From assembly GCA_052426225.1 (NCBI GenBank), contig JBNJNM010000009.1, forward strand, positions 868,001-932,000: a DNA stretch of 64,000 nucleotides, read 5' to 3'. Positions 1 to 10,485 of the stretch are shown here, one piece after another (position 1 is the stretch's first letter; the number at the start of each line of letters is the position of its first letter). Both the position numbers and the translations under genes were made by a program. Origin of the DNA: Zancudomyces culisetae HAW-14-8. Its lineage: Eukaryota > Fungi > Kickxellomycota. The notes under the pieces are model-generated. The model made no database searches. It was given only the letters and a program-made list of their open reading frames with translations, and was not told the origin of the DNA.

Positions 1-1
1 A

Positions 2-1867
2 GTGCTGTCACACCCAAAATGGGATATACCTTTCATAGTTACAACCGACGCTTCATTACAAGGTATCGGGGGTATATTAAGCCAAGTTCAGGACCAAAAA
101 GAACATCCTATAGCATATGTAAGTAGATCATTAAAAAAATCAGAAAAAAACTACTCGATAACTCACCTAGAAGGACTTGCCATAATATTCGCAGTTAACC
201 AGTTCAGAAACTACATCTGGGGAAGGCAATTTAAAATTGTAACCGATCATTCAGCGCTGGTCAGACTCTTCGACTCCAAGGAAGCATCAGGAAGGCTAGC
301 TCGATGGGCCATTATTTTGCGAGAATACGACTATACATTAGAACACCGAAAGGGAAAGAATAACCCTGCAGATCTAATATCGAGGTGTATCCCGGATTAT
401 ACTACAGACGATACAAATGAAAAAGGTTTAAAAAGTGAAGAATTAGTGTATAAGGACTTTAGTTTTATTAACTTTAAAGAAAAGAAAAATGAAGAAAAAG
501 AAATTATAGATAAAACAGAAGAAACTACAAACGATGAAGAAAATTCAAAGGCGTTGTTCTACATGGAATTTATCGATTACACAGTTATAAAAAATTATTT
601 GACTAACAACACTTACCCCTCAAATAGTGACGAAACTTACAAAAACAAATTACGAACTAAGTCTAAACGTTTCGAATTGAAGAATGATAAATTATACAAA
701 TACTCATCTAAATTTGGAATACGAGAGGTATTACACGAGTTGAATTGTAAGGAAAAAATTATCGAAATTCATAATGAAAATCACCTTGGAATTAACAATA
801 CATGGGAATTGGTTAAGAAAAAATATTATTCACCAAAATTATTCGAGATTACAAAACATGTGGTTAATTTTTGCGATATTTGTCAACGATATAAATCATC
901 AAGAATAAGAAAAAATTTAGCAAACCCAATAATTGCTACTCAACCATTCGAAATTATAGGATTAGACATAATAGGACCAATCAATCCAATCTCAACAGAA
1001 GGAAATAGATACATTATTTCCGCGATAGATTATTTAACTAAATGGCCGATTTGTCGAGCTGTTGAACAAGTTCAATCTGATACTATAATTAATTTTTTAG
1101 TTTACGACGTAATAGCCAATTATGGGATACCAAAAAAATTGATAACAGATAGAGGATCCAACTTCTTAAGTGACACAGTACTTGAATTTTATGAATTTAT
1201 GGGCATAAATCATAACCCTACTACAGCTTATAGACCACAATCAAATGGTCAAGTAGAAAGGCAAAATCAATACATAAAAAATGTCCTTTCAAAAATTTGC
1301 AAAAATGATAAAACAAATTGGGATAAATATTTATGGAAAGTTTTATTGGTTATAAGAAGTACTAAAAATAGGGTTACAAAAAAATCGCCTGCAGAGCTAT
1401 TATATGGTTTAAATATCACTACACCAGAGTCATGGAATAACATTAATACTAATGAAAACTTAGATGAGGCAATATTAGAGCGACTTGAATTTGTTAATAA
1501 AAATTTTAAAGAGTTGAGAGAGCTAGCAGTAGATAAACTAAAAACTAATAAAAAATATGAGAAATTTAGGTACGACAGCAATGTAAAAGAATACAAATTT
1601 AGTGAAGGACAGCAGGTGTTAAAGCACAATGATATTCCAGAATCGAAATTTGCAGAGAAATGGAAGGGGCCATACGAAGTAGTTAGAGTGCTAGAAAATG
1701 GAACATATATGGTACGCGATTTGAACAACAATCACGATATAATCAATGGCGATAGACTCAAGCCATATAACACGATCGGAATTCCAAATGTGATTTCGAC
1801 ACGAATAATTTCGAGTTTACGAGATCAGAGAAATAGGAGGAGGTCGATAGGGACTATCGAACCTTAA
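2..1867 (+). CDS. Pol C-terminal part (RNase H + integrase) of a Ty3/gypsy element, 5'-partial
   Basis: Motifs IVTTDASLQG, KIVTDHSAL, H..NHLG...CDICQ, GLDIIGP, ITDRGSNF, NGQVER, WKGPY. No chromodomain. Clearly homologous to the C-terminal part of ORF 55184-59965. Confidence 0.93.
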   Translation: MLSHPKWDIPFIVTTDASLQGIGGILSQVQDQKEHPIAYVSRSLKKSEKNYSITHLEGLAIIFAVNQFRNYIWGRQFKIVTDHSALVRLFDSKEASGRLARWAIILREYDYTLEHRKGKNNPADLISRCIPDYTTDDTNEKGLKSEELVYKDFSFINFKEKKNEEKEIIDKTEETTNDEENSKALFYMEFIDYTVIKNYLTNNTYPSNSDETYKNKLRTKSKRFELKNDKLYKYSSKFGIREVLHELNCKEKIIEIHNENHLGINNTWELVKKKYYSPKLFEITKHVVNFCDICQRYKSSRIRKNLANPIIATQPFEIIGLDIIGPINPISTEGNRYIISAIDYLTKWPICRAVEQVQSDTIINFLVYDVIANYGIPKKLITDRGSNFLSDTVLEFYEFMGINHNPTTAYRPQSNGQVERQNQYIKNVLSKICKNDKTNWDKYLWKVLLVIRSTKNRVTKKSPAELLYGLNITTPESWNNINTNENLDEAILERLEFVNKNFKELRELAVDKLKTNKKYEKFRYDSNVKEYKFSEGQQVLKHNDIPESKFAEKWKGPYEVVRVLENGTYMVRDLNNNHDIINGDRLKPYNTIGIPNVISTRIISSLRDQRNRRRSIGTIEP

Positions 1868-1876
1868 GGGGGGGGA

Positions 1877-2299
1877 TGTCGTATGAATATATAGATGATA
1901 ATGTATAGTAGGTTAATCTACTGTAAATCTCTATTATTCATACTGATTGTCTGATTGTTGCAGATGCTTGCACATCTGTTTTCACCATTGTGGTTTTCCT
2001 TTGTGCAGCAACAATCAGACAATGGTTTACTTTATTACTATTAGGATTTTATAATACTTTATATAACAAACTACTTAAATAGCGACGACAAGGTCTAAGG
2101 ATACCTTGTTCGGGATTTTATACTCTTTCTTCTAGCGTTTTATACCAACGATAACTAAATAAAAGATTCTTAACTACAGTTAACTAGTAATTTAGGAAGG
2201 TCCTGGACCAATTTTAAACATTAAGTAATAGTGATTACAGCTTCGTCGTACTGTAATACACTCAATATTTTTATACAATATACAATTTTTCATACGACA
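1877..2299 (+). repeat. 3' LTR (423 bp), family 1; unit 1 of LTR array A
   Basis: 11-bp terminal inverted repeat, follows the PPT, near-identical copy at 4337-4762, right flank TCGT. Confidence 0.95.
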
Positions 2300-2303
2300 T
2301 CGT

Positions 2304-2992
2304 TGTTGTAATTTTAGTTTGCATAAAATTAATCAGGAAATTTCCGCAACTAAACCTACAAAAAGTTCTGCTAATAGAGGGGGATTGTTACTGGAATAAG
2401 TTTTACTTTATTTAACCAGTCAACCCTACCTTTTTAGCTTATATTTAATTTAGTTTTATGTATTTATTACTTCATTAAATGCGATAAAACTGGGTAAAAT
2501 TACGCCCAACTCCTAAATTTTGGTGTGCAAAACAATTAATTTTGGTCCAAAAATTAGACTCTGATACCTTTCTGATACCCTTTGAAAATTGTGTTACGCT
2601 TCACTACCTATGTTTTTTTTTGGTTTTAGGTAGGTTTTTGCTCAAATCACAAATTTCAATTTTATAGAGTAAAATCAAGTATTTTAGAGCTAATTTGTAT
2701 TTTATTTAATGAATAACTTTTAAAAATAAAAAGATAAAACCACCAAACTTGTGGTGAGGTTACTAGTAATATACTAGTACCTGACTAGCTATTTTATTAG
2801 AACTTTATATAATAGAAACTTAAAATAAAATAATCAAAACTTAATATTGACTCACTTTTTGGGTGATAATTTCACCCTAGTAATCCCAGATTACTAGCTC
2901 GAACACCCGAGATAACGGTGGTTATTCGGTGTTTGAGAAGCTGTATGCTGTTTATCCAATAGTTTAGCTTGGATAGAACTAAGCATACAACA
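2304..2992. repeat. Solo LTR (~689 bp); unit 2 of array A
   Basis: TGTTGTAA...GCATACAACA termini. TCGT on both sides (the right copy uses the T of the next LTR). An internal block resembles 4068-4332 and the reverse complement of 61262-61858. Confidence 0.8.
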
Positions 2993-2995
2993 TCG

Positions 2996-3366
2996 TGTCG
3001 TGAATTTAAATCATCGCAATTTATGTTTTTTCCCAATGGGTTTTTAATAAATTGCAAAGATGGTTAAATTAAATTCACGTAACATCCTTGTAAATCTGAG
3101 AATCACACTGTCATAGATGAGTCATGGGAATCATCTATAAATGATTTACAACATCTTTTCCCATTCAACAAGGGAAACCCCCTGTTTCAATAATATTATT
3201 ATAATTCATATTTCACATGTTTAAAACAGTTATAACTTTATAATTAAATTTATTATAGTAGTAGTTCGTTAGACCCAAAAAATTATATATAGGGCAAATA
3301 ATTTCTATCTAGTTTTCGATATGACTTAAGCAAATAAAAATATAAAACTATAATATTCACACGACA
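2996..3366. repeat. Solo LTR (~371 bp); unit 3 of array A
   Basis: TGTCGTGAA...TTCACACGACA termini, followed by GTCG. Confidence 0.82.
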
Positions 3367-3372
3367 GTCGTG

Positions 3373-3828
3373 TGTTAGCGAATTCCAGGTTCCAGTTCGC
3401 TATTATATAAAAAATATATTTATTTGATAGAAAAACTATACTATGTACTAATGTTGTTAAGTTTTCATTATAGTAACTATAACTTTAATAAATAGACCAA
3501 ACTTGTATTTTACGTGTTTATTTGATGATGTTTAAACTATCTGAATAACTATCATATTTATACTTTTTTTAAAACAACTATTAAACTTAAAACCTAAATA
3601 TATTTTAAACTTAAAACTATACTAATTAAAATAATAATCTAGAATGTTGCTGTAGAAAAAATCCAGAAGGATAAAAAAAACTAGGCAACACATAATATAC
3701 TAAATAACCTATAATAAATATTAACTTATATTAAGAGATAAACCTAAATATTAATAAATAGAAATAAATATGTAATTGGTAAGTTATTATTATAAATGTC
3801 TAGAGGTAGCTCTAGCCACTATATAACA
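3373..3828. repeat. Solo LTR (~456 bp); unit 4 of array A
   Basis: TGTTAGCG...CTATATAACA termini, 4-bp TSD CGTG on both sides, diverged second copy at 5025-5484. Confidence 0.87.
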
Positions 3829-3830
3829 CG

Positions 3831-4063
3831 TGTCGTATAGTAAACTATACTGAAGAGTTGTCCCAATTTTATTGGTTAGTTTAATAGATGTATTTTATAG
3901 TAATAGTATAAATATGTTTATTGTGACTTCATTAATAAATTGTCCTTTTCCACAGATAAATAATAGTATAATAAATTTATATATATTGAAATTGACCCGT
4001 CCCGTGTAGTACTTGGTAGCGAAAGTTACCAAGTAGGACGTTAAGCATTTTCACTACACGACA
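3831..4063. repeat. Solo LTR (~233 bp); unit 5 of array A
   Basis: TGTCGTATAGTAAA...TTCACTACACGACA imperfect 14-bp TIR, followed by GTCG. Confidence 0.82.
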
Positions 4064-4067
4064 GTCG

Positions 4068-4332
4068 TGTTAGATTCAATTTATTATGAATTCTAACTGG
4101 TTCTACTAGAGGGGTGGTATCACTAGACTGGGTTTAACCCTTTTAACTAGTTACCACTTTCTAGTCATACATATAAATGGAACCGGAACATTTATATGGG
4201 TCAAAATTTGACGATTTATTTAAGATTCAAAATAATAATTTCTTAAATACTAAATTTTACTAGAAAAACTAATAAAAATACTAACTATAAAATTAACCAA
4301 TAGTATGCAAACATTCTATTTTGCATACAACA
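4068..4332. repeat. Solo LTR (~265 bp); unit 6 of array A
   Basis: TGTTAG...TTTTGCATACAACA termini with GTCG on both sides. Its right end is the reverse complement of the start of LTR 61262 (TGTTGTATGCAAAA). Confidence 0.8.
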
Positions 4333-4336
4333 GTCG

Positions 4337-4762
4337 AGTCGTATGAATATATAGATGATAATGTATAGTAGGTTAATCTACTGTAAATCTCTATTATTCA
4401 TACTGATTGTCTGATTGTTGCAGATGCTTGCACATCTGTTTTCACCATTGTGGTTTTCCTTTGTGCAGCAACAATCAGACAAAGGTTTACTTTATTACTA
4501 TTAGGATTTTATAATACTTTATATTACAAACTACTTAAATAGCGACGACAAGGTCTAAGGATACCTTGTTCGGGATTTTATACTCTTTCTTCTAGCGTTT
4601 ATTATACCAACGATAACTAAATAAAAGATTCATAACTACAGTTAACTAGTTATTTTAGGAAGGTCCTGGACCAATTTTAAACATTAAGTAATAGTGATTA
4701 CAGCTTCGTCGTACTGTAATACACTCAATATTTTTATACAATATACAATTTTTCATACGACA
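4337..4762 (+). repeat. Solo LTR (426 bp), family 1; unit 7 of array A
   Basis: Differs from 1877-2299 at only a handful of positions (first base T>A); GTCG on both sides. Confidence 0.95.
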
Positions 4763-4766
4763 GTCG

Positions 4767-5020
4767 TGTTGTGTGTTGCCATGTTTAACCTCCCATTTAG
4801 TGTTTTTTACACCAAATAACACACGGGACGGGTCATTTTACTTACCTTTTACTATATGCTGCAAATTATTATATAGTTATTTTGATTTAGCAAAAGAGGA
4901 CATTTATTTAGTTAAACAAAAATTTCAATTTTATACAATAAAATCTACAAAAAATCTAACTAAAAATTACAAAACACGTTTAACCAATGGAAATGTTTCA
5001 CCTATTGTAGGCATACAACA
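4767..5020. repeat. Solo LTR (~254 bp); unit 8 of array A
   Basis: TGTTGTGTGTTGCC...GGCATACAACA termini with GTCG on both sides; its first ~45 bp recur at 60365-60411. Confidence 0.87.
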
Positions 5021-5024
5021 GTCG

Positions 5025-5484
5025 TGTTAGCAAAACACAGGTTTACTTCGCTATTGATTATTATATATTTATTTTGATAGAAATACAATACTAAGTACTA
5101 TGTTTAAAATTGTTTTCACTATAGTAACTATGCTAAATTAAATAGACCAAACTTAAATATACTATATTTATTTGATAATGTAATACTAAATGAATATCTA
5201 GCCATATTTATACATTTTAAAAATGACTATTACAATATCCTGAAATATTTTTATACTAATTAAATAAAAATCCTATAAAATATATATTAAATTGAACTAG
5301 AGTGTTGCTGTAGAAAAAATCCAGAAGGATAAAAAAAACTAGGCAACACATATATAATAAATAACCTATAATAAATAATATCTTATATTAAATGATAAAC
5401 CTAAATATTAATATAAAAGTATATGAATAACTGGTAAGTTAAAATTATATAATGACTAGAGGTAGCTCTAGCCACTATATAATA
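5025..5484. repeat. Solo LTR (~460 bp), same family as 3373-3828; unit 9 of array A
   Basis: TGTTAGC...CTATATAATA (terminal CA mutated), GTCG on both sides, shares long blocks such as TGTTGCTGTAGAAAAAATCCAGAAGGATAAAAAAAACTAGGCAACACA with unit 4. Confidence 0.87.
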
Positions 5485-5909
5485 GTCGTTGTCAGAATTT
5501 TTTGTTCTGTTCTGGGTTTTACCCGACTTTACCGATTTTGTAAGTATAGTAGATTAAATTTACTACCTATAATCGGTAGGACACAAGTTCAATTTGTGTT
5601 TATAAGTTTGTTTATTTAAATATAATAGTAGTTATTTTCGAAAAGAAAAAGGATAATAAACTCGATATGTGGAAAAGACACCTTTTTATGTCTTTTCCTT
5701 CGCTATTTTGAAGGATTAAAAAGATGAAATACTTAAAGAATAATATAAACCTAACAATAGTAGTAATAAAAACAATGAGTAGATCACCATTGTGTGAAAA
5801 AAACCTATAAAAGGAAAAAACACAATAGTGATATTCAGTAAATCTTCATAAATGAAGATTTACCATTGTCTGTCATTGTAATATGACAGTTTCCCCCCCC
5901 CCCTCTTAG

Positions 5910-7361
5910 CTACGCTCGTATTGATCTATCTGGTACAGTTTTGTATCTTCTTAACTTGGTTTTTAAATTGTTAGTAACTTGTGGGATCATATATCTGCTG
6001 TTATGACTTGAATATTTTAAGATTATTTATTTATTACTATTATATTATTTAGAAAAATATGATATTCAATAGTGAATAAGATATTTTTCTCTGAAGTTCT
6101 CTTTCGATGGATTTCGAAAGGGTTTTTATACTTTTACTCCAGAGATTTTTCCATATAAAATTTTCTTATGTAAAGTTGCTATCAAACTATAAATTTGACT
6201 ATTAAACTTATGAGTAACTGATGTGATTAACTACCGTGAGTTTAGTGTGTCAATGATTGCGTCATTCATGTTATTCTGACGATTCTTTGAATTATTAGTT
6301 TCGGAATTCTTTCTAGGTTTCTTATTTCCTAAAATGGTCTGTGAATATTTTTATAACGGAATTTCATCGCGAAATTCATTTTTTACTTGACTTGGTTAAA
6401 TTAATTTAATAATTTGTACTTAGTTACATTATAGTAATTTGTATATGGTTACAATTTCATTTTGTAACCTTCTTGATTTGGTCATGGAGAATTATAATAA
6501 ACATGAATTTATTTAATTTATTTTTAACAATTCCTAACATCTGCTGTTATCAAATGATTTCAAACTGTCACCGTTGCATAGTTCACGATTTCCATTTTCA
6601 TCGCCAATTACGTAAGCTCCTTTAGAGAGTTTTTGTAAAATTTTGTAAGGGCCTTCCCATACCTTATCAAATTTTTCTGTGCCGCTATCTATAAATTTCA
6701 GTACTAAATCGTCAATTTTAAAGTGAAAATTTTTTACTTTTTTGTTATAAAATTTTTCGTCTTGTTTCTTAGCTTCAATATTATTTTGATGGCTTAAGTT
6801 TCTTAATTCAGGCAAGTAATCATTAATAAGCTTTATCCTATTGTAAATTAATTCTTCTTCGATGTCGATGTCTCCGTTGTAAGACCAAGTCGATACTAAC
6901 TGAGGTTGGAAGCCAAAGAGTAGCTGTGCTGGGCTGTAACCTGTAGATTTTGATACTAAGGTACGTATAATTAATAGTGTTTTCCATAGATACTTATCCC
7001 AGTTTTTTGTGTCTTCTTTGCATTGTTTTCTTAGCGTATTTTTGAGGGTCTGATTTAGGCGCTCCACTTGGCCGTTGCTTTGTGGCCGATGTGAAGTGCT
7101 CGGTGTGTGATTAACGCCTAGCCATTTAAAGACATCGCCTGTAGCGTTACTTATAAAGCACGACCCTCTGTCTGTTATGATTTGTTGAGGTACTCCAAAA
7201 TATTGTATGATATTATTCATTATAAAACTTATAATTGCTTCGCTTGTCATATTAATAGATGCCGCAGCCACGGGCCATTTAGTACAATAGTTGATGGCTG
7301 TGATAATATATCTATTTCCTACGTCGGTTACCGGAGAAATCGGACCTATGACGTCCATACC
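5910..7361 (-). pseudogene. Disrupted Ty3/gypsy integrase
   Basis: GMDVIGP, ITDRGSCF, NGQVER, WEGPY. Interrupted by solo LTR 5999-6539 and cut off at 7362. Reconstructed C-terminus ...FDNSRYMIPQVTNNLKTKLRRYKTVPDRSIRA*. Confidence 0.88.
5999..6539. repeat. Nested solo LTR (541 bp) with 5-bp TSD
   Basis: TGTTA...TAACA termini; TCTGC duplicated at 5994-5998 and 6540-6544; removing it restores the integrase frame. Confidence 0.92.
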
Positions 7362-7848
7362 TGTTAGATACCAATATTATACACAATATTATTGATATTA
7401 ACTAATTAACACACAGTTAATTTATAAAAGTTATTATTAATTATACTAGTTTAAAACACAAATTAATAATATAATATTAGTTAATAATATCTTTATTATT
7501 GTTAAACGAGATTGACAAACTTAATTGTTCATGAAAGGGATTAGTATCACCTTTTATACATTTAAGTTTGTACTAAAACTTTAATATAAACTAATACTAT
7601 TAATATAACTAATATTAATAAACAAATAAACAAATATCATTAATATACACAATATTAATGATGATTCATTATTTATTGATCATGTGTATCAATATTAATG
7701 TTTTAAACTAATTATTAAATAAAAATTAAATAATATAAACTAATAATTAATTAATATTAATGATACACATTTAATATCATTAATATTAATTAATACCATA
7801 TTGTATTTTAATATACAATATTGTTATGATACATGTGTATTCATAACA
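7362..7848. repeat. LTR-like AT-rich element truncating the integrase
   Basis: TGTTAGATAC...GTATTCATAACA termini, internal ACACAATATTA-type subrepeats, no matching TSD (ATACC vs GGACG). Confidence 0.65.
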
Positions 7849-9735
7849 GGACGTGGCCTTCAACCACAATGTTTGAGATCTACAAACTCTGCGTTTTTAT
7901 ATGAAAGATACATGTTGTTTGGAACTGCTTCACCTTTGATTTTTTGTTTGCCTTGAGTATGTTTGCGCTGGCCATTTGGAGACGCATTCAACTAAAAATT
8001 CTCAGCATTCTGAATTGAAAGACCTTCAGTGTTTTTAATTTGCTTAGCATCATTGTCTTGAAAAATGGCGGACACAGTTATAAATTTAACAAGCCACATC
8101 ACATTGAGTTTAACCATTTTCTACTATCGCTTTGACTATTCACTTGTTTTTTTTCAATACTTCTCTATACCAGGATTTTTTATCCTCTTATTCTATCTGC
8201 AAAAGATGGTATTTAGGTTATTTACGGTAAGACTACTTATTTTTAAATGTTTGATATGGATACATTATTTACTTAACTATGATGTTTTTGGAATATTCAC
8301 GTAGATATACCTGTGTTGGTTCTATTTAGGCAAAGAATAATTAACTGATTATATCTAAATTATGGCATCTTGCGGCATTATTTATATAATTTCGGATAAA
8401 CTAATATTATTACTTTTATTTAATGTAATCTTATGTTTATACAAAAATAGTTATAAATCATTAAATAAATAGTAGACTTGTATACAGCCAATTTCATCCA
8501 ATAATATTATATATTGGGTCTACACCTTTTTTCAAATATTCTAGAATTTGATACTTTATATTAATTTATTAATCTTCAAAAAGCATAAATAATGTAATTA
8601 AGAAATACTCTAGTTCTTTATCACTTTTCCTAGAGTATTAGCATATTTTCAAAATGTAATCAGCCGAAAGGTTTAAATGGCTAACCAAAACATCACTATT
8701 TCCAATCTTATCTAGTTTTGATTAAAAGTCTAGAGTGGATATAATAATTTTTTTGCATTAATCTTTTAATCTAGAAAAACTAATATGATATTATGGGTTA
8801 AGGATTTTCATATTAAACATCTATATTAGAAAATAGGTCAGTTAAAAAATAAAAATGCTTGTCAGTCACTTAGTGTATTTACAGACATGTTCTCGGTTTT
8901 TCATACATTAACTTTTTTTTATAAAGATTTAAAAGTATATTAATGATGGTCACAATTAATTTAATTTATGTTGGATTAAACTGACTAGAACTGCCTATTA
9001 ACCCAGCTTGAATCTAAACCAAACACCTTAAACTATCTTCATGTTAGTGCCTTCATAATGAAATAATGAACTCTTTAGATCTTTGAAGACTAGGCCACCC
9101 ATTATAATCGAATGAAAAGCTTATCTTCTAACTATTGTAAAATCATTATATATTATGTAGCAATGACCACTATCGAGTTTTTTTGTGTAGTATTTAAATT
9201 TTTGAAAATTGTAGTTTTTTGTCAAAAAGGATTTTTATTAGTACAAGTGTGTATGGGATTTGTAGTATATTTACCAAGTTAGCATGTAATATGGTAAAAA
9301 GAACATGTTTTTATCAGCACTTTTTGTATTGATCTCATTTGATGTAATTGTCTTAAAATAAAATGTAGATTGATAAGTATATTATCAAATATGTTATTTA
9401 TTATACTTTAAAGTATAAGCTTGACCGTAAAAAAAAGTGGATATAAACTATTTCTATATTTAAATTCATCAGCTAAAGTTGTCTGTTTCTAAACACCAAA
9501 TACTTTTGTTCATTATACAGCACAAGTCGGCCAATATCATTACATAAATGCTAATAAAGAAGAAGAATTTGGTAGGTATAATTTGAAATAACTAAATATC
9601 ATTTAACACACTATTATTACTGAACTTGACGATAAGAAAATCATACGTTTGAAACAATCTATGACCATGTATTTTTAGTCTTTAGATAGAATAAAAATTT
9701 AAATTTAATGATATTTGAAATCTTTGAATTCCTGG

Positions 9736-10485
9736 TGTCGGGTGAGGTTGGATGCAGCCTCATCCTTTGCCGGGTTCTTCAATTGCAAAAATACATGATC
9801 CATAATGTCAGCAAATGTATCACGTGATTCTTCTGGATCCATTTCCATAGAAGTGGCTCCCGAACGGTCACTATCAGATGAGTATCTGCCCTCATCTCTT
9901 TCTGACTGGATCCATCTGGGTCTTAGTTTGCTCATGAAGCCTGACATTCTTTATGTGAGATTTTAATAGTTTCTAATATGTTTTAAATCTTAATATTCAT
10001 TAACTAGCCGTACCACTATTCCTAATAAACTTCTTATTTATCCTAAACCTGGATTTTAATTCTGAATTGATATTTATTTATCTTACTTTCCTTTTTCTTA
10101 TTACAACTATTAAAAGAGCTAAGGAATCCTCAATGAGTCTTCCTTTGTTTATATATAGTATTTCAACAAAACCACTAATAGTTATATTTAATTAACCTAT
10201 GTTTAATTTTTGCTTCACTTGTACTTTCCTGTGGTTTCGTTTTGACATTCGTATTCATATTCTGTTGATTCTTGTCTTTGTGATTGACTTAATAACTAAT
10301 AACCTTTTTCATTTTGTTTTTCATATTAAGAATTTTATGTTATTATATGTAATTTTTAAATCATTAATAATCGTTGATAGTCTTAGTGAACAACTCCAAT
10401 TGAATCTATGTTGATTGTTTATGTAGTAAATAAAATATTTATTTAAAATTGGTGTATCCTGATTTAGATCTGGATACACACGACA
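9736..10485 (-). repeat. Possible solo LTR carrying a small ORF (9705-9947)
   Basis: TGTCGGGTG...CACACGACA termini. The minus strand starts TGTCGTGTGTATCC...GGATACAC hairpin, like the LTR at 54712. No TSD match. Confidence 0.45.

Larger units (their letters stand above)
1..2299 (+). mobile_element. Ty3/gypsy LTR retrotransposon, 3' part (RNase H-integrase, PPT, 3' LTR); 5' part lies outside the window
   Basis: ORF 2-1867 has RNase H (TDAS...LEGLA...TDH), HHCC zinc finger, DDE core and GPY motif. Polypurine tract at 1866-1876 is followed by a TGTCGTATGAA...TTCATACGACA LTR at 1877-2299. Confidence 0.95.
5490..7361 (-). mobile_element. Truncated minus-strand Ty3/gypsy element (integrase remnant, PPT, 3' LTR 5490-5888); unit 10 of array A
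   Basis: LTR TGTCAGAA...ATATGACA at 5490-5888; minus-strand PPT at about 5890-5905. Integrase ORF 6534-7358 continues in frame to a TAG at 5910-5912 once the 5999-6539 insertion and one TSD copy are removed. Confidence 0.9.

Noticed and set aside
1877-5888. CRISPR array (regularly recurring ACAGTCGTG-like word between variable spacers)
   Set aside because: The 'repeat' is LTR end + 4-bp TSD + LTR start, the spacers are 230-690-bp LTRs, the context is eukaryotic and there are no cas genes.
7849-9700. Short ORFs in the AT-rich stretch (e.g. 8065-8304)
   Set aside because: No motifs, and composition matches non-coding or decayed repeat DNA.
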